Shown piece after piece: positions 41,443-51,651 of a DNA stretch of 64,000 nucleotides. The DNA is from Terriglobia bacterium. Its GTDB lineage: Bacteria; Acidobacteriota; Terriglobia; Terriglobales; Acidobacteriaceae. Position 1 is the first letter of the stretch; each line of letters starts with the position of its first letter. Below the pieces are notes generated by a model. It saw only the letters and a program-made list of their open reading frames with translations, had not been told where the DNA came from and ran no database searches. The position numbers and the translations under genes were made by a program. Location of the stretch: positions 342,373 through 406,372 of the forward strand of contig CAVXXN010000004.1 of NCBI GenBank assembly GCA_963765715.1, written 5' to 3'.

Positions 41443-41600
41443 ATGAAACGGTACGAAGGTAAAAAGGCATTGCCATGGTCCCCATGAGGCGCTGGGGGAC
41501 GTCGGAGGAAATCGCGAAGGCCGTCCTCTTCCTTGCCTTTGATGCGACCTCCACGACCGGCGCCGAGCTTACGGTCGACGGAGGATGGTCTCAACTCTAA
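41443..41600 (+). pseudogene. SDR remnant with internal deletion
   Basis: aggaga RBS then [10 protein letters not shown], fused out of frame to a C-terminal tail [39 protein letters not shown]. Confidence 0.7.
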
Positions 41601-41676
41601 GGTGTGGACCTCGCTTGATGAGTGACCGATGAGTATCTGCGCGAGATGCAGGCCGGTAAAAGGGGGGACTAGAAAG

Positions 41677-41883
41677 ATGCACAACTTAGTAGTGAGCTGT
41701 TTGGCGGTTGCTTATCTCGCGGCGAATGTATACGCCATCGTGAAGGTAGGAGCGTTTGAGTTAGCCCGCTCGCGCAAGCACCTCCTACTCTATGGCGTCC
41801 CCTTCATATTGTGGGGTTCTCTCATTCTGTTGGGATGCAAGCTCATGGAGATCATGCGCCGATTCGATGAATGGGCCGCCTGA
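41677..41883 (+). CDS. small two-helix membrane protein, hypothetical
   Basis: MHNLVVSCLAVAYLAANVYAIV...LLLYGVPFILWGSLILLGC. Confidence 0.4.
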   Translation: MHNLVVSCLAVAYLAANVYAIVKVGAFELARSRKHLLLYGVPFILWGSLILLGCKLMEIMRRFDEWAA

Positions 41884-42165
41884 CCAGGCGTCCCCAATTG
41901 AAGAAAACAGGCCGAGTGACTTCATTGAAGACCTCGCTAACGATTGGTCCCGAAAAACGCGCTTGTGTTGACTGATCGGGCGAACTTCCGGACTGTCGGA
42001 AAACTTGGAAGTTAGAACAATTGCGGTTTGACGGGCCTGGAGTGCTTCAAGTGCGAAGCAAGTGACTGTACCCAAAATGTACCCAAGAGTCGGTCACGTT
42101 GCCTTTGTTGGCCTTTTGGGCTGCATAAGAATCAATAACTTAAATTCTATCAACAGGGCTGAATA

Positions 42166-42190
42166 GTTCGATCCCGACTAGCTCCACCAA
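42166..42190 (+). repeat. attR-like direct repeat
   Basis: gttcgatcccgactagctccaccaa, with no tRNA body upstream of it. Confidence 0.85.
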
Positions 42191-42373
42191 GTTTTCAATC
42201 ACTTACAACCCCCCTCCGAAGTCCACCTTGTCACGCTTTGTCACGGAGCCTGCTGCCTAAAGATGACCTTCGCTGGCCGCTCATAAGTGAGATGGTGAAA
42301 TCCGCTCGGCTTCATATCGGCGGTTCTCGCTGGAAATATTGTGCATAGGGTAGACTTGCGATCCTCGACGAGA

Positions 42374-43642
42374 ATGGCGAACGAACCGAAACAGTTGCTC
42401 GAAGACCAGGAGGGGCTTCAGTTGGACCTCAGCCCAAGCGGTGCAGACCGGCAAGCGGAACTTCAGTCGGGAGCGTTCCAAGTTGCGGCAACCGCTTTTG
42501 TCGTCTTGTTCTGCGTTGTGGGTCTTGCGCTGTGGGGGTTGCCTTTCTATTACGACTTCATGGTGCAGCAGTTCGGTTGGACGCGAGCACAAGTCACATC
42601 GGGAAATGCACTGAGCAAGTTGGTTGTAGGGCCGGTCTTTGGATTTATCGCGGGCTGGATCATCGATCGCTTTGGACCGCGCCGCGTCATGATGGCTGGC
42701 ATCCTGATGGCTGGTGGAGCGCTGGTGGGGCTGGGTTGGGTATCGACCCTCGGCATGTTTTATTTGTTTTACTTCTTCAATGCTCTCGGCTACGTGTGCG
42801 GCGGGCCACTGCCAAACCAGGTTCTGTTGTCGCGCTGGTTCGATAAGTCTCGCGGCAAAGCAATGGGCTTTGCTTACCTCGGAATTGGGATTGGAGGCGC
42901 GACCGTACCCTGGATCTCGCATGCCCTGATACAGCATCTTGGCTGGCAATCAGCATTGAGATTGCTTGGAGTCCTGATCATTCTGATCTCCTTTCCGTTG
43001 GCGTTCTTCGTTAAGGAGTCACCCTCCGAACTCATTTCGGATCCTAAAACGAGCGGACCAGCGAACGTCATGGGCGCCTTCAAGACAATTCCGTTCTATC
43101 TGCTTACATTCGCCAGCATGTGTTCGATTGCGGCGGTGAGCGGGACACAGCAGAACCTGAAACTCTTTCTTAGTCTCGATCGTCACTTCAGTCAGGGGGA
43201 TGCGGCGCGTGTGTTGTCACTCGTGCTGTCGTTCAGCATCGCGGGCCGCCTGCTCATGGGGTGGCTGGCCGATCGCTTTTCCAAGAAGTATGTCATGCTG
43301 CTGACCTACTTGCTGGTGGCAGCCGGCATTCCGTTTCTGTTCCTCGCGCACTCGCAAGCAGTGATGTATGCGGCGGCCGCCCTGTTTGGGGTCGGGCTCG
43401 GTGGCGACTACATGATCATTCCGCTGATGACCGCTGAAATCTTCGGCATGCAGGTTCTTGGACGCCTGCTGGGAGTAATCCTGACCGCCGGCGGCATTGC
43501 TGAAGCCGTGTCACCGTGGCTGACCGGGCGTTTGCGCGATGCGACCGGAAATTATTCCGAAAGTTGTTTCGTTCTGGTGGGTATCGCGTTACTCGGGGCT
43601 GCGGTCGTTCTAGGACTACCTCAGCGGCGGGAGACAGCATGA
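42374..43642 (+). CDS. MFS transporter
   Basis: About 12 predicted helices and MFS motif A GWIIDRFGPRRVMMAG. Confidence 0.88.
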   Translation: MANEPKQLLEDQEGLQLDLSPSGADRQAELQSGAFQVAATAFVVLFCVVGLALWGLPFYYDFMVQQFGWTRAQVTSGNALSKLVVGPVFGFIAGWIIDRFGPRRVMMAGILMAGGALVGLGWVSTLGMFYLFYFFNALGYVCGGPLPNQVLLSRWFDKSRGKAMGFAYLGIGIGGATVPWISHALIQHLGWQSALRLLGVLIILISFPLAFFVKESPSELISDPKTSGPANVMGAFKTIPFYLLTFASMCSIAAVSGTQQNLKLFLSLDRHFSQGDAARVLSLVLSFSIAGRLLMGWLADRFSKKYVMLLTYLLVAAGIPFLFLAHSQAVMYAAAALFGVGLGGDYMIIPLMTAEIFGMQVLGRLLGVILTAGGIAEAVSPWLTGRLRDATGNYSESCFVLVGIALLGAAVVLGLPQRRETA

Positions 43643-45102
43643 CTCCAAAATCCATTCTGCGTCTTGGAACCTTGAAGAACGTGACAAGTTTTAAAGAACA
43701 CCTGCATTCGCTGGGTCTGATGATCCCCTGTGATGACGAACTCTTGAAAGACCAGGCGTCTCCCTTGCGCCAACCCATGGTCAGCGGCAATATCACAATT
43801 GGCAATCGGATCGTCGTGCATCCGATGGAAGGATGGGACGGCTCTCCCGATGGCAGCCCGTCTGAAAACACGATCCGGCGCTGGCGGCGCTTCGGCCGCA
43901 GCGGAGCGAAATTGATATGGGGAGGGGAAGCGGTCGCGGTCTCGCACGCGGCGCGGGCCAATCCCAATCAACTCGTGGCCGCGGCGCATACGCAAGGAGG
44001 CTTGTCGAGGCTGCGAGCTACACTGATCGAGGAACACCGGCTCACGAGTGGCACCGACGATGGCTTGTTGATAGGTTTGCAGCTGACGGATTCTGGCCGC
44101 TACAGCCGCCCCAATGCGCACGGCCAGCCCGAGCCGCGTATTCTGTATCACCACCCGTTCCTGGATCGCCGGCTGGGGCTACCTGCTGACTTTCCCGTCC
44201 TTACGGACGAGGAAATTGAAGCCATCGTCGAGAACTTTCATCGCGCCGCTCTGATGGCGTGGAAGTTGGGCTTCGACTTCGTGGATATCAAACATTGCCA
44301 CGGCTACCTCGGTCACGAATTTCTCAGCGCCCACACTCGCCCCGGCCGCTACGGTGGAAGCTTCGAGAATCGAACTCGATTCCTGCGCGAGGTGGTGCAA
44401 GGTATTCGGTCTGTCGCTCCCGGACTGAAGATTGCTGTCCGCCTTTCAGCCATCGACAGCGTTCCATTCCATACTGATCCTGCGAAGTCATCCAAGGGAA
44501 AGCCGGGGCAAGGAATTCCCGAGCCCTACGAAAACGAAATTCCGTATCGCTGGGGATTCGGCGTGAACCCGCTCGCGCCAACGGAATCGGACTTAAAGGA
44601 GCCCATTCGCTTTCTGGGTCTGCTTGAGCAGCTCGGAATCCGGCTGGTAAATATCACCGCCGGCAGTCCCTACTACAACCCGCACCTCCAGCGACCCGCG
44701 CTCTATCCGCCTTCGGATGGATACTTGCCTCCCGAAGACCCGCTCATAAGCGTGGCGCAACAGATGGAGGCAACGCAGCGTTTGAAGCAACAGTTTCCGA
44801 ACCTGATATTCGTCGGGACTGGCTACAGCTACCTGCAGGATTTCCTGCCACACGTCGCCCAGGCGGCTCTGCGAGAAGGCTGGGTCGACATGGTGGGATT
44901 GGGACGAATGGTGCTGACTTATCCCGAGCTGTTATGGGACGCATCCGAAGGACGCACCATTGAGCGAAAACGGATTTGCAGAACATTTAGCGATTGCACG
45001 ACCGCTCCGCGAAAAGGATTGCCTTCGGGATGTTATCCGCTGGACAGCTTCTACAAAGATTCTGAACTGATGACGCAACTAACCCTTGCGAAAAGACCCT
45101 AA
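43639..45102 (+). CDS. NADH:flavin oxidoreductase (Old Yellow Enzyme family)
   Basis: FDFVDIKHCHGYLGHEFLSAHTRPGRYGGSFENRTRFLREVV. Its ATG overlaps the MFS stop (ATGA). Confidence 0.85.
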   Translation: MTPKSILRLGTLKNVTSFKEHLHSLGLMIPCDDELLKDQASPLRQPMVSGNITIGNRIVVHPMEGWDGSPDGSPSENTIRRWRRFGRSGAKLIWGGEAVAVSHAARANPNQLVAAAHTQGGLSRLRATLIEEHRLTSGTDDGLLIGLQLTDSGRYSRPNAHGQPEPRILYHHPFLDRRLGLPADFPVLTDEEIEAIVENFHRAALMAWKLGFDFVDIKHCHGYLGHEFLSAHTRPGRYGGSFENRTRFLREVVQGIRSVAPGLKIAVRLSAIDSVPFHTDPAKSSKGKPGQGIPEPYENEIPYRWGFGVNPLAPTESDLKEPIRFLGLLEQLGIRLVNITAGSPYYNPHLQRPALYPPSDGYLPPEDPLISVAQQMEATQRLKQQFPNLIFVGTGYSYLQDFLPHVAQAALREGWVDMVGLGRMVLTYPELLWDASEGRTIERKRICRTFSDCTTAPRKGLPSGCYPLDSFYKDSELMTQLTLAKRP

Positions 45103-45144
45103 GACTGCTCCCAGATCTGGAGATCAGGAGCTAGAGACAAGGGA

Positions 45145-46090
45145 ATGAACATAGCAGCCATTCTAGAGCGCCGGCAACTTCGCCGAAAAGTACACGGAAT
45201 CGCCGCGGCTCTGCTGCCTTACGAGTCGGACGGAACTATTGCTGTGGATGCCTTCAAACAGCACTTGATTGCCACTCATCAGGTCGGATTGATGAATGCC
45301 GTCAACATGGACACGGGCTATGTGAACTATTTGAGCGAGCCAGAAAAACGTGATGTGCTGCGCTGGACGGTTGAAGCCCTGGGCAAGAACGTGCCATTTG
45401 TGGGCAGGAGCGTATATCGAAAATCAGACCGGGGACATTGTGGCTCTTTATCGGCAGCAGATGGATACGATCGTTCAGGCCGGCGGTATTCCGATCCTCT
45501 TTCAGACTGCACGGCTGCATGGTTTGTCGCCCAAAGAGAAGGCAGTAGTCTACAAGGCTGTGTGCCAGGGATATCCTCATGTGCTGGCTTTTGAGTTAGG
45601 CACAATGTTCGCGCCCAATGGAGAGATCTTTGATGAGGACACGGTTCGTCGCCTGATGGATATTCCTGAGATTAAGGGCATGAAGCATTCGTCCCTCGAC
45701 CGCCTCGTCGAACTCAAGCGCCTGGCTTTGCGCGACGAACAACGGCCTGAGTTCCTCATTTACACCGGAAACGATCTGGGCATCAACATGATTGAATATG
45801 GCTCGGACTATCTTTTAGGCCTAGCCAGTTTCGCTCCGGAAAAGTTCTCTGAACGTGACCGGTTGTGGGAGGCCGGCGACCCGGCATACTACGCGCTTTC
45901 CGACGCACTGCAGTATTTAGGCAACGTTGCCTTTCGCGCACCAGTCCCAGCTTACAAACACTCTGCTGCGGTGTTTCTGCATATGACCGGACGAATTCCC
46001 ACCGACCGGGTGCATCCCAAGAATCCAAAACGTCCTGCCTGGGAAGCTGACATATTGCGAGACTGTGCGAGCCGGTTGGGTTGTGAGTAG
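45145..46090 (+). CDS. dihydrodipicolinate synthase family protein, one +1 frame disruption near 45400
   Basis: VHGIAAALLPYESDGTIAVDAFKQHL, then AGAYIE...GIPILFQTARLHG...IKGMKHSS in the next frame. Confidence 0.65.
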
Positions 46091-46099
46091 TCCCCAAAC

Positions 46100-47890
46100 T
46101 TGTCCAAAACTTTAGCCGATTGGCTACACTTGCTTAGTGGGTATGCCCAAAGGCTCCGGATGTCACCTTCTCCGAAATCCAAAGCCGTCTTTATGCTTAT
46201 TTCGGCTCGCTATATTCTCTCCGTCACACTAATTCTTTCGTGGACATTTCCAGGCAATGGACAAGAATCGCCGGAGCCGGTGACGATTCGGGTCGACGCC
46301 GACCACAGTCAGGGCTCGATGCCGCCGGTGTGGAATTTCTTTGGCTATGACGAGCCTAACTACACGTACGCCCCAAATGGAGCCAAACTACTGGGCGAGC
46401 TGACCGCACTTAGTCCGCGACCGGTATACGTTCGCGTGCACAATTTGTTTACGAGTGGCGATGGTTCTGCATCGTTGAAGTGGGGTTCCACAAATATCTA
46501 TAGTGAAGATGCGGCGGGAAATCCAGTTTACAGCTGGACAATCGTCGATCGCATATTCGACACGTTCAGAGAAAAAGGGATCAAACCGCTGGTGGAACTC
46601 GGCTTTATGCCGCAGGCGCTTTCAATCCATCCCGAGCCTTATCGTCATAACTTTCCCAATGGACCCGTTGGAGGCCTCTACACCGGGTGGGCGTATCCGC
46701 CAAAGGATTATCAGAAGTGGTCCGAACTGGTTTTTCAATTCGTCCGACATGTGCGGGAACGCTACGGCGATGCCGAGTTGAAAGACTGGCTTTGGGAAGT
46801 TTGGAATGAACCGGACATTGGGTACTGGCAAGGAACGCCCGAAGAATTTTTCAAGCTCTACGATTATTCGGTCGATGCCGTTCTACGCGCCTGGCCGGAA
46901 GCGCGGATTGGAGGACCTGACAGCACCGGCCCCGGGTCTGCGCACGCCACCGAATTCCTGCGCTCGTTTCTTGATCATTGTGCGCACGGACGCAACTATG
47001 CGAGCGGCAAGACCGGGTCGCGTCTGGACTTCATCAGCTTTCATCCGAAGGGCGCGCCCAACTGGCAAGCGGACCATGTACAGATGGGAATTGGGCGTCA
47101 TTTGGCTGCAATCGAGCAGGGCTTCAAAATCGTTGCTTCGTTTCCTGAGTGGCGCACGACCTCCATTGTTTTAGGAGAATCAGATCCTGAGGGATGCGCA
47201 GCCTGTTCCGCTCGAAACAATCCTCAAAATTCTTACCGCAACGGACCGCTGTACGCGTGTTATGAAGCCGAGGTGCTGAACAATATCCTGGCTCTCGCGG
47301 CGGCTGAGCATGTAAGTGTCCTGGGCGTAGTCACCTGGGCTTTCGAGTTTGAAGGGCAGCCCTACTTCGAAGGCTTTCGCACGCTCGCGACCAACGGCGT
47401 CGATAAGGCGGTTTTAAATGCTTTTCGGATGTTTGGGATGCTCAGTGAAAACCGAGTCAGGACCAGCAGTTCGGGCTCACTGGAAAGTAGCGCGGTTCTG
47501 CAGGATGGGGTACGGGAGAAACCAGACATCAATGCGATCGCGACACGCAAAGACAACCAGATCGATGTTTTGATCTGGAACTATCATGATGACGATCTGC
47601 CGGCACCCGCAGCTTCAATTGTCCTCTCGCTGGGAGGCCTGCCGGCCAACGTGAAGCGAGCGTTGTCGGAGCATTTTCGAGTCGATTCGGACCACAGCAA
47701 TGCCTATGCGGCATGGAAGCAGATGGGATCACCTCAATCACCTTCGGCCATACAAGTCGAACAACTGCGGACGGCGTCACAATTGCTATTAGGGGACTCT
47801 CCGGCGTGGATCAGCGTTGCTGGCGGGAGTGCCCATCTGCAATTCAAATTGCCTCGGCAGGGTCTCTCCTTGGTGCGCGTTACCTGGTAA
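46100..47890 (+). CDS. glycoside hydrolase family 39-like protein
   Basis: WLWEVWNEPDIGYW (NEP acid/base), DFISFHPKG and ESDPEG. The start could be the internal ATG at 46193, which precedes a signal-like segment. Confidence 0.75.
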   Translation: MSKTLADWLHLLSGYAQRLRMSPSPKSKAVFMLISARYILSVTLILSWTFPGNGQESPEPVTIRVDADHSQGSMPPVWNFFGYDEPNYTYAPNGAKLLGELTALSPRPVYVRVHNLFTSGDGSASLKWGSTNIYSEDAAGNPVYSWTIVDRIFDTFREKGIKPLVELGFMPQALSIHPEPYRHNFPNGPVGGLYTGWAYPPKDYQKWSELVFQFVRHVRERYGDAELKDWLWEVWNEPDIGYWQGTPEEFFKLYDYSVDAVLRAWPEARIGGPDSTGPGSAHATEFLRSFLDHCAHGRNYASGKTGSRLDFISFHPKGAPNWQADHVQMGIGRHLAAIEQGFKIVASFPEWRTTSIVLGESDPEGCAACSARNNPQNSYRNGPLYACYEAEVLNNILALAAAEHVSVLGVVTWAFEFEGQPYFEGFRTLATNGVDKAVLNAFRMFGMLSENRVRTSSSGSLESSAVLQDGVREKPDINAIATRKDNQIDVLIWNYHDDDLPAPAASIVLSLGGLPANVKRALSEHFRVDSDHSNAYAAWKQMGSPQSPSAIQVEQLRTASQLLLGDSPAWISVAGGSAHLQFKLPRQGLSLVRVTW

Positions 47891-47919
47891 GCGAAACAAC
47901 GCATCGTTGGGAACAATTC

Positions 47920-48135
47920 TTACAGCGGATATTTACGCGGCATTCGCACCTGTCGTGTCGAATCGACCTTCACCACTAAACCGAGACGAGTGGAGTATCC
48001 ATCGCCTTCTTCCTCATCGTCGTCGTCATCCTCATCGTCGTCGTCATCCTCCTCTTCTTCGTCTTCTTCTTCTCGAAGGAGAATGTCTGAACGATAAGAG
48101 AGTGCCAGGCAGGATAGTTCTGGATGTTTGCGCAT
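47920..48135 (-). other. acidic low-complexity micro-ORF over a GA(C/G/T) triplet tract (coding status doubtful)
   Basis: REEEDEEEEDDDDDEDDDDDEEEGDG encoded by 47998-48075. Lies between convergent genes. Confidence 0.25.
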
Positions 48136-48203
48136 GTTGAAATGGTACGCCTTCTCACCGTGGAAAATTTAGGTTGAGTTCCAAAAAGTCAGGCAACTTG
48201 CGA

Positions 48204-49466
48204 TTAGAAATCCACCACCTTGGCTTGCACGGCGAATTGCCTCGAGTTTCGCTGAAGCAGGAGAGTGCGGAACTCTCCCGGCCTGCCGTGCATGGCGGAG
48301 AAGATTTCTGCCCACGTCGCAGTAGCCGTGCGCAGCGCACCGATCTGGAGCAATTTGTCTCCGACCAGGACACCGTCGACCGTCGCTTTACCGTTTTGAG
48401 TGGCGATCGCAGCCACGAAATACTGGCCGTTTTCCGATTTCAGAGTGAGACCGACCTGATCGAGATCGTGCGGGTTCAGCTTCTTCTGCTGCAGCCAATA
48501 GATTTTATGATTCGGATAGTCGATGGTGATTCGAAAACCCTGCAGGACATTGCCACCAAGCCAGCCGATAACGGGTCCCGGAGTTTTGTTCGAATACCAG
48601 TCCATAAAATCCCAATTCGTCTTGCTGGGCCCGATCGCGAGCGCTCCAATCTGCTCCAGTGACAATGATCCCAATTTAATCTCAGGTATACGTACGACGA
48701 TACCTGCGGCTTCGATTCCATCGTCCGCCATTCTCATATTGGCTGCTCCGACGGCACCAATCCCCCGTTGCCAATCAGGATGCACGTCAAGCCATTTCTG
48801 CACGGTAGTTTTTCTCAACCAGGTGTAAGCTGAGCCGCAGTCGACCGTTACAGGATATTGCCGGCCATTGATGGAGACATCGATTGCGATAAGGCCTGTC
48901 TTTTCGTCGAGTCGAAGAGGGACTGGAACGCCCGTCGGCGTCAAAGTTCCAGGTTGCGCAAGAGTCAGGGTTTGCCGCGCGTAGTCGATCACAACCTGAT
49001 ATTTCTGCAACACGCCGGCAGGCAGAAGCGCTTCTACCTTGCGATTATCGCCGATGGAATAAGGCAGCCAGGTATCGCTCGTGACGGTGCCGGGATCGAC
49101 GCGCACCGCCATGTTTCCAACCTTGAAGGTCAGAGATTCCGTTTGGTCGATTTGGAGCTCCTTGAACAGGGCTTCGGATAAGACGGTTGATGGGCCGCCG
49201 AGGTCGACGAAGGCGAGCGCTTTGTGAAGCGATCCGTCCGGGCGGATGAATGCCAATTCGGCGTAGACACGATTCCCAGCAAAGATAAAAGGTGCCGTGC
49301 CAGAAGGGCTCATTTGCGATCCGACGCAGAGTGGGGAGAGCACGAGGAATGCAAAGAGAGACGGGAGGAACTTCTGAATCGTTATGCCCAACATTCCGCT
49401 CCAGTCTTTTGCATCATGAGTTTTTGGCATTGCAAACCTGTCCTCTGGGTGTGCCAGGAGCGACAT
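48204..49466 (-). CDS. retropepsin-like double aspartyl-protease domain protein with C-terminal PDZ domain
   Basis: Two pseudo-repeats containing AFVDLGGPSTVL and VTVDCGSAYTWL (D-[TSC]-G-like). C-terminal GLTLKSENGQYFVAAI...VLVGDKLLQIG is PDZ-like. Confidence 0.5.
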   Translation of the reverse strand: MSLLAHPEDRFAMPKTHDAKDWSGMLGITIQKFLPSLFAFLVLSPLCVGSQMSPSGTAPFIFAGNRVYAELAFIRPDGSLHKALAFVDLGGPSTVLSEALFKELQIDQTESLTFKVGNMAVRVDPGTVTSDTWLPYSIGDNRKVEALLPAGVLQKYQVVIDYARQTLTLAQPGTLTPTGVPVPLRLDEKTGLIAIDVSINGRQYPVTVDCGSAYTWLRKTTVQKWLDVHPDWQRGIGAVGAANMRMADDGIEAAGIVVRIPEIKLGSLSLEQIGALAIGPSKTNWDFMDWYSNKTPGPVIGWLGGNVLQGFRITIDYPNHKIYWLQQKKLNPHDLDQVGLTLKSENGQYFVAAIATQNGKATVDGVLVGDKLLQIGALRTATATWAEIFSAMHGRPGEFRTLLLQRNSRQFAVQAKVVDF

Positions 49467-49582
49467 CGGTCCAACCTATTTTGCTTTAGACGCAAGCGGC
49501 AACGGCGCGTCACAGGGCGACTGGCGTCCGCAGGCTGAGCGATCAACGTGTATACTCACCGTTCGCCTTCCAACCGAAAACC

Positions 49583-51107
49583 ATGCGCGCACGGAACCTG
49601 CTGGTCTCTACTCTCCTGCTTTTCTGCAGTATTCACCTTGTTGCCGCCGACATTCTGCTTAAGAATGTCACCGTCTATGACGGCAGTGGCAAACCTCCTT
49701 TTGCCGGCGATGTCCGCATCCACGGTGACCGTATTACCGCTGTCTCGAAGCATCTGGATGCTGCGGCCGGCGAGGTCGTCCGTGACGAACACGGGCTGGC
49801 GCTTGCGCCGGGGTTTATCGACATGCACAGCCATGGCGACCGGGGCCTCCTGAAAGATCTGGATGCCGCCACAATCTCCCGCCAGGGGGTGACGACGATA
49901 TTCGTCGGACAGGACGGAGAGTCGCACTTGCCCCTGGGGGACTATTTCGCCAGCTTCGAAAAAACACCCGCCGCGATCAATGTGGCCAGCATGATTGGCC
50001 ACGCGACGTTACGCGAAAAAGTGATGGGGCAGGATTTGTATCGCCCATCGACGCCGGAAGAACTGGCCAAGATGAAAACGTTGCTCGCAAGTGAATTGCA
50101 GGCGGGGGCCTTTGGGCTTTCAACCGGACTCGAATACGAGCAGGCTCACTTCTCCACTACCGAGGAAGTGGTCGAACTAGCCAAGATCGCCGCGGCCTCG
50201 GGAGGCTTTTACATCAGTCACGTCCGCGATGAAGGCAACAAAGTCTTCGACTCGTACGACGAGATACTCCGAATTGGCCGTGAAGCCAAAATTCCGGTCG
50301 AAATCACCCACATAAAATTGGGCTCAACTCCGGTCTGGCATCTCGCCTCGTCACGTATGCCCGAGTACTTTGCCACCGCCAAGCACGAAGGAATCGACTT
50401 GAAAGCGGACGTCTATCCCTACACGTATTGGCACTCCACGATCCGGGTCATCGTGACAGACCGCGATTTTTATCAATCCTGAAAAAGTTGCAAAAGCGAT
50501 CGCCGACAATGGCGGTGCCGCGGCGATCCGGTTGGCTCACTACGCTCCGGAGCCTGCGATGGCCGGCAAAACACTGGACCAAGTCGCCGCTGCGTGGAAG
50601 ATCACGCCGGTCGAGGCCTACATGCGAATCGTGAAAGCTACCGAGGCCGAAGTCGATTCACACGTAGAGCTGGAAGACATTATTGGCACGTCAATGAGTG
50701 AAGATGACGTTCGCTGGTTCATCGCGCAGCCGCAAATCATGTTCAGCAGCGACGGCGAACTGCATGGAGCGCATCCGCGCGGAGCGGGAGCGTTTCCGAG
50801 GGTTCTGGGGCGTTACGTGCGGGAACAAAAGGTTCTTCCGCTCGAAATGGCCATCCACAAAATGACCGGCCTTTCGGCACAGCAGCTTGGGCTGAAAGAT
50901 CGGGGACAGATCGCCGAAGGATATGTTGCCGACCTTGTCATCTTTGATCCGGCTACCGTACTGGATCAGTCAACGATCGAGCATCCCGAGGCGCCGCCAC
51001 TCGGCATCCCAAGCGTAATGGTATCCGGGCAGTGGGTTATTGATGGCGGGAGGGTTACGGGGAATCATCCCGGCCACGTATTGCGCAGCCCAGCTTTTCA
51101 TCAGTAG
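49583..51107 (+). CDS. N-acyl-D-amino-acid deacylase family amidohydrolase, one +1 frame disruption near 50470
   Basis: ILLKNVTVYDGSG...GDVRIHGDRI, PGFIDMHSHGD and ADLVIFDPATV. The second half lies in ORF 50532-51107. Confidence 0.8.
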
Positions 51108-51333
51108 CGCCGGCTTCCCGTTGGCGCTATTGGGCCAGCAGGCCCTCAGCCTGCTTGGTTTGTAGGAACCGACAATCGTTCTTGCCCTGGCGCATGGCCT
51201 CTTGCGACGTTCCGACCCGTTAATCTTTTCAGTCGGCAGCGTTCCCAAAATGGAACTAAATAGAGCTTCTCAGGGAAGAAATGGCATCCAACAGCGTACA
51301 TCCCATAAACCAGACCGAACCCAGGGGTTATAA

Positions 51334-51582
51334 ATGCGCCGAATAGGCCTCAATCGATGTCCCTACTGCAGCGGATTTGTGGTGTACGATTCCTCGGCCA
51401 AGACATTTTGGGAAAAGCTTTTGCCCGTAGTGCTGCTTCGATTGGTGCGATGCGATGATTGCAGACGCAGGCACTTGCGACCACTGTTCCTGCCCGCGTT
51501 GAAACGGTCAGTGCAGCCTTTGGCGCCTAAAAAGCCTTCCCGGTTAGCTTCGGATGATGGTCAGAAAGAACGTCACGCCTGA
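51334..51582 (+). CDS. small zinc-ribbon-like hypothetical protein
   Basis: CPYCSG...CDDCRRRH pairs and a basic tail. Confidence 0.35.
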   Translation: MRRIGLNRCPYCSGFVVYDSSAKTFWEKLLPVVLLRLVRCDDCRRRHLRPLFLPALKRSVQPLAPKKPSRLASDDGQKERHA

Positions 51583-51651
51583 TTTTGATTCTCTCGAGCT
51601 TCAAGAACATTCTGAACTAATCACTCGATCATTATCAAAAAGCTAGCTTTA

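Larger units (their letters stand above)
38919..42190. mobile_element. decayed integrative/mobilizable element inserted in tRNA-Ala (about 3.3 kb)
   Basis: Perfect 25-nt direct repeat of the tRNA 3-prime end at both borders. Contains an integrase N-terminal fragment and a relaxase fragment, plus TetR/SDR cargo carrying frameshifts and a deletion. Confidence 0.75.

Noticed and set aside
42166-42190. A possible second tRNA gene.
   Set aside because: Only the 3-prime 25 nt are present. No D-arm, anticodon arm or acceptor 5-prime strand lies upstream, so it is interpreted as attR.
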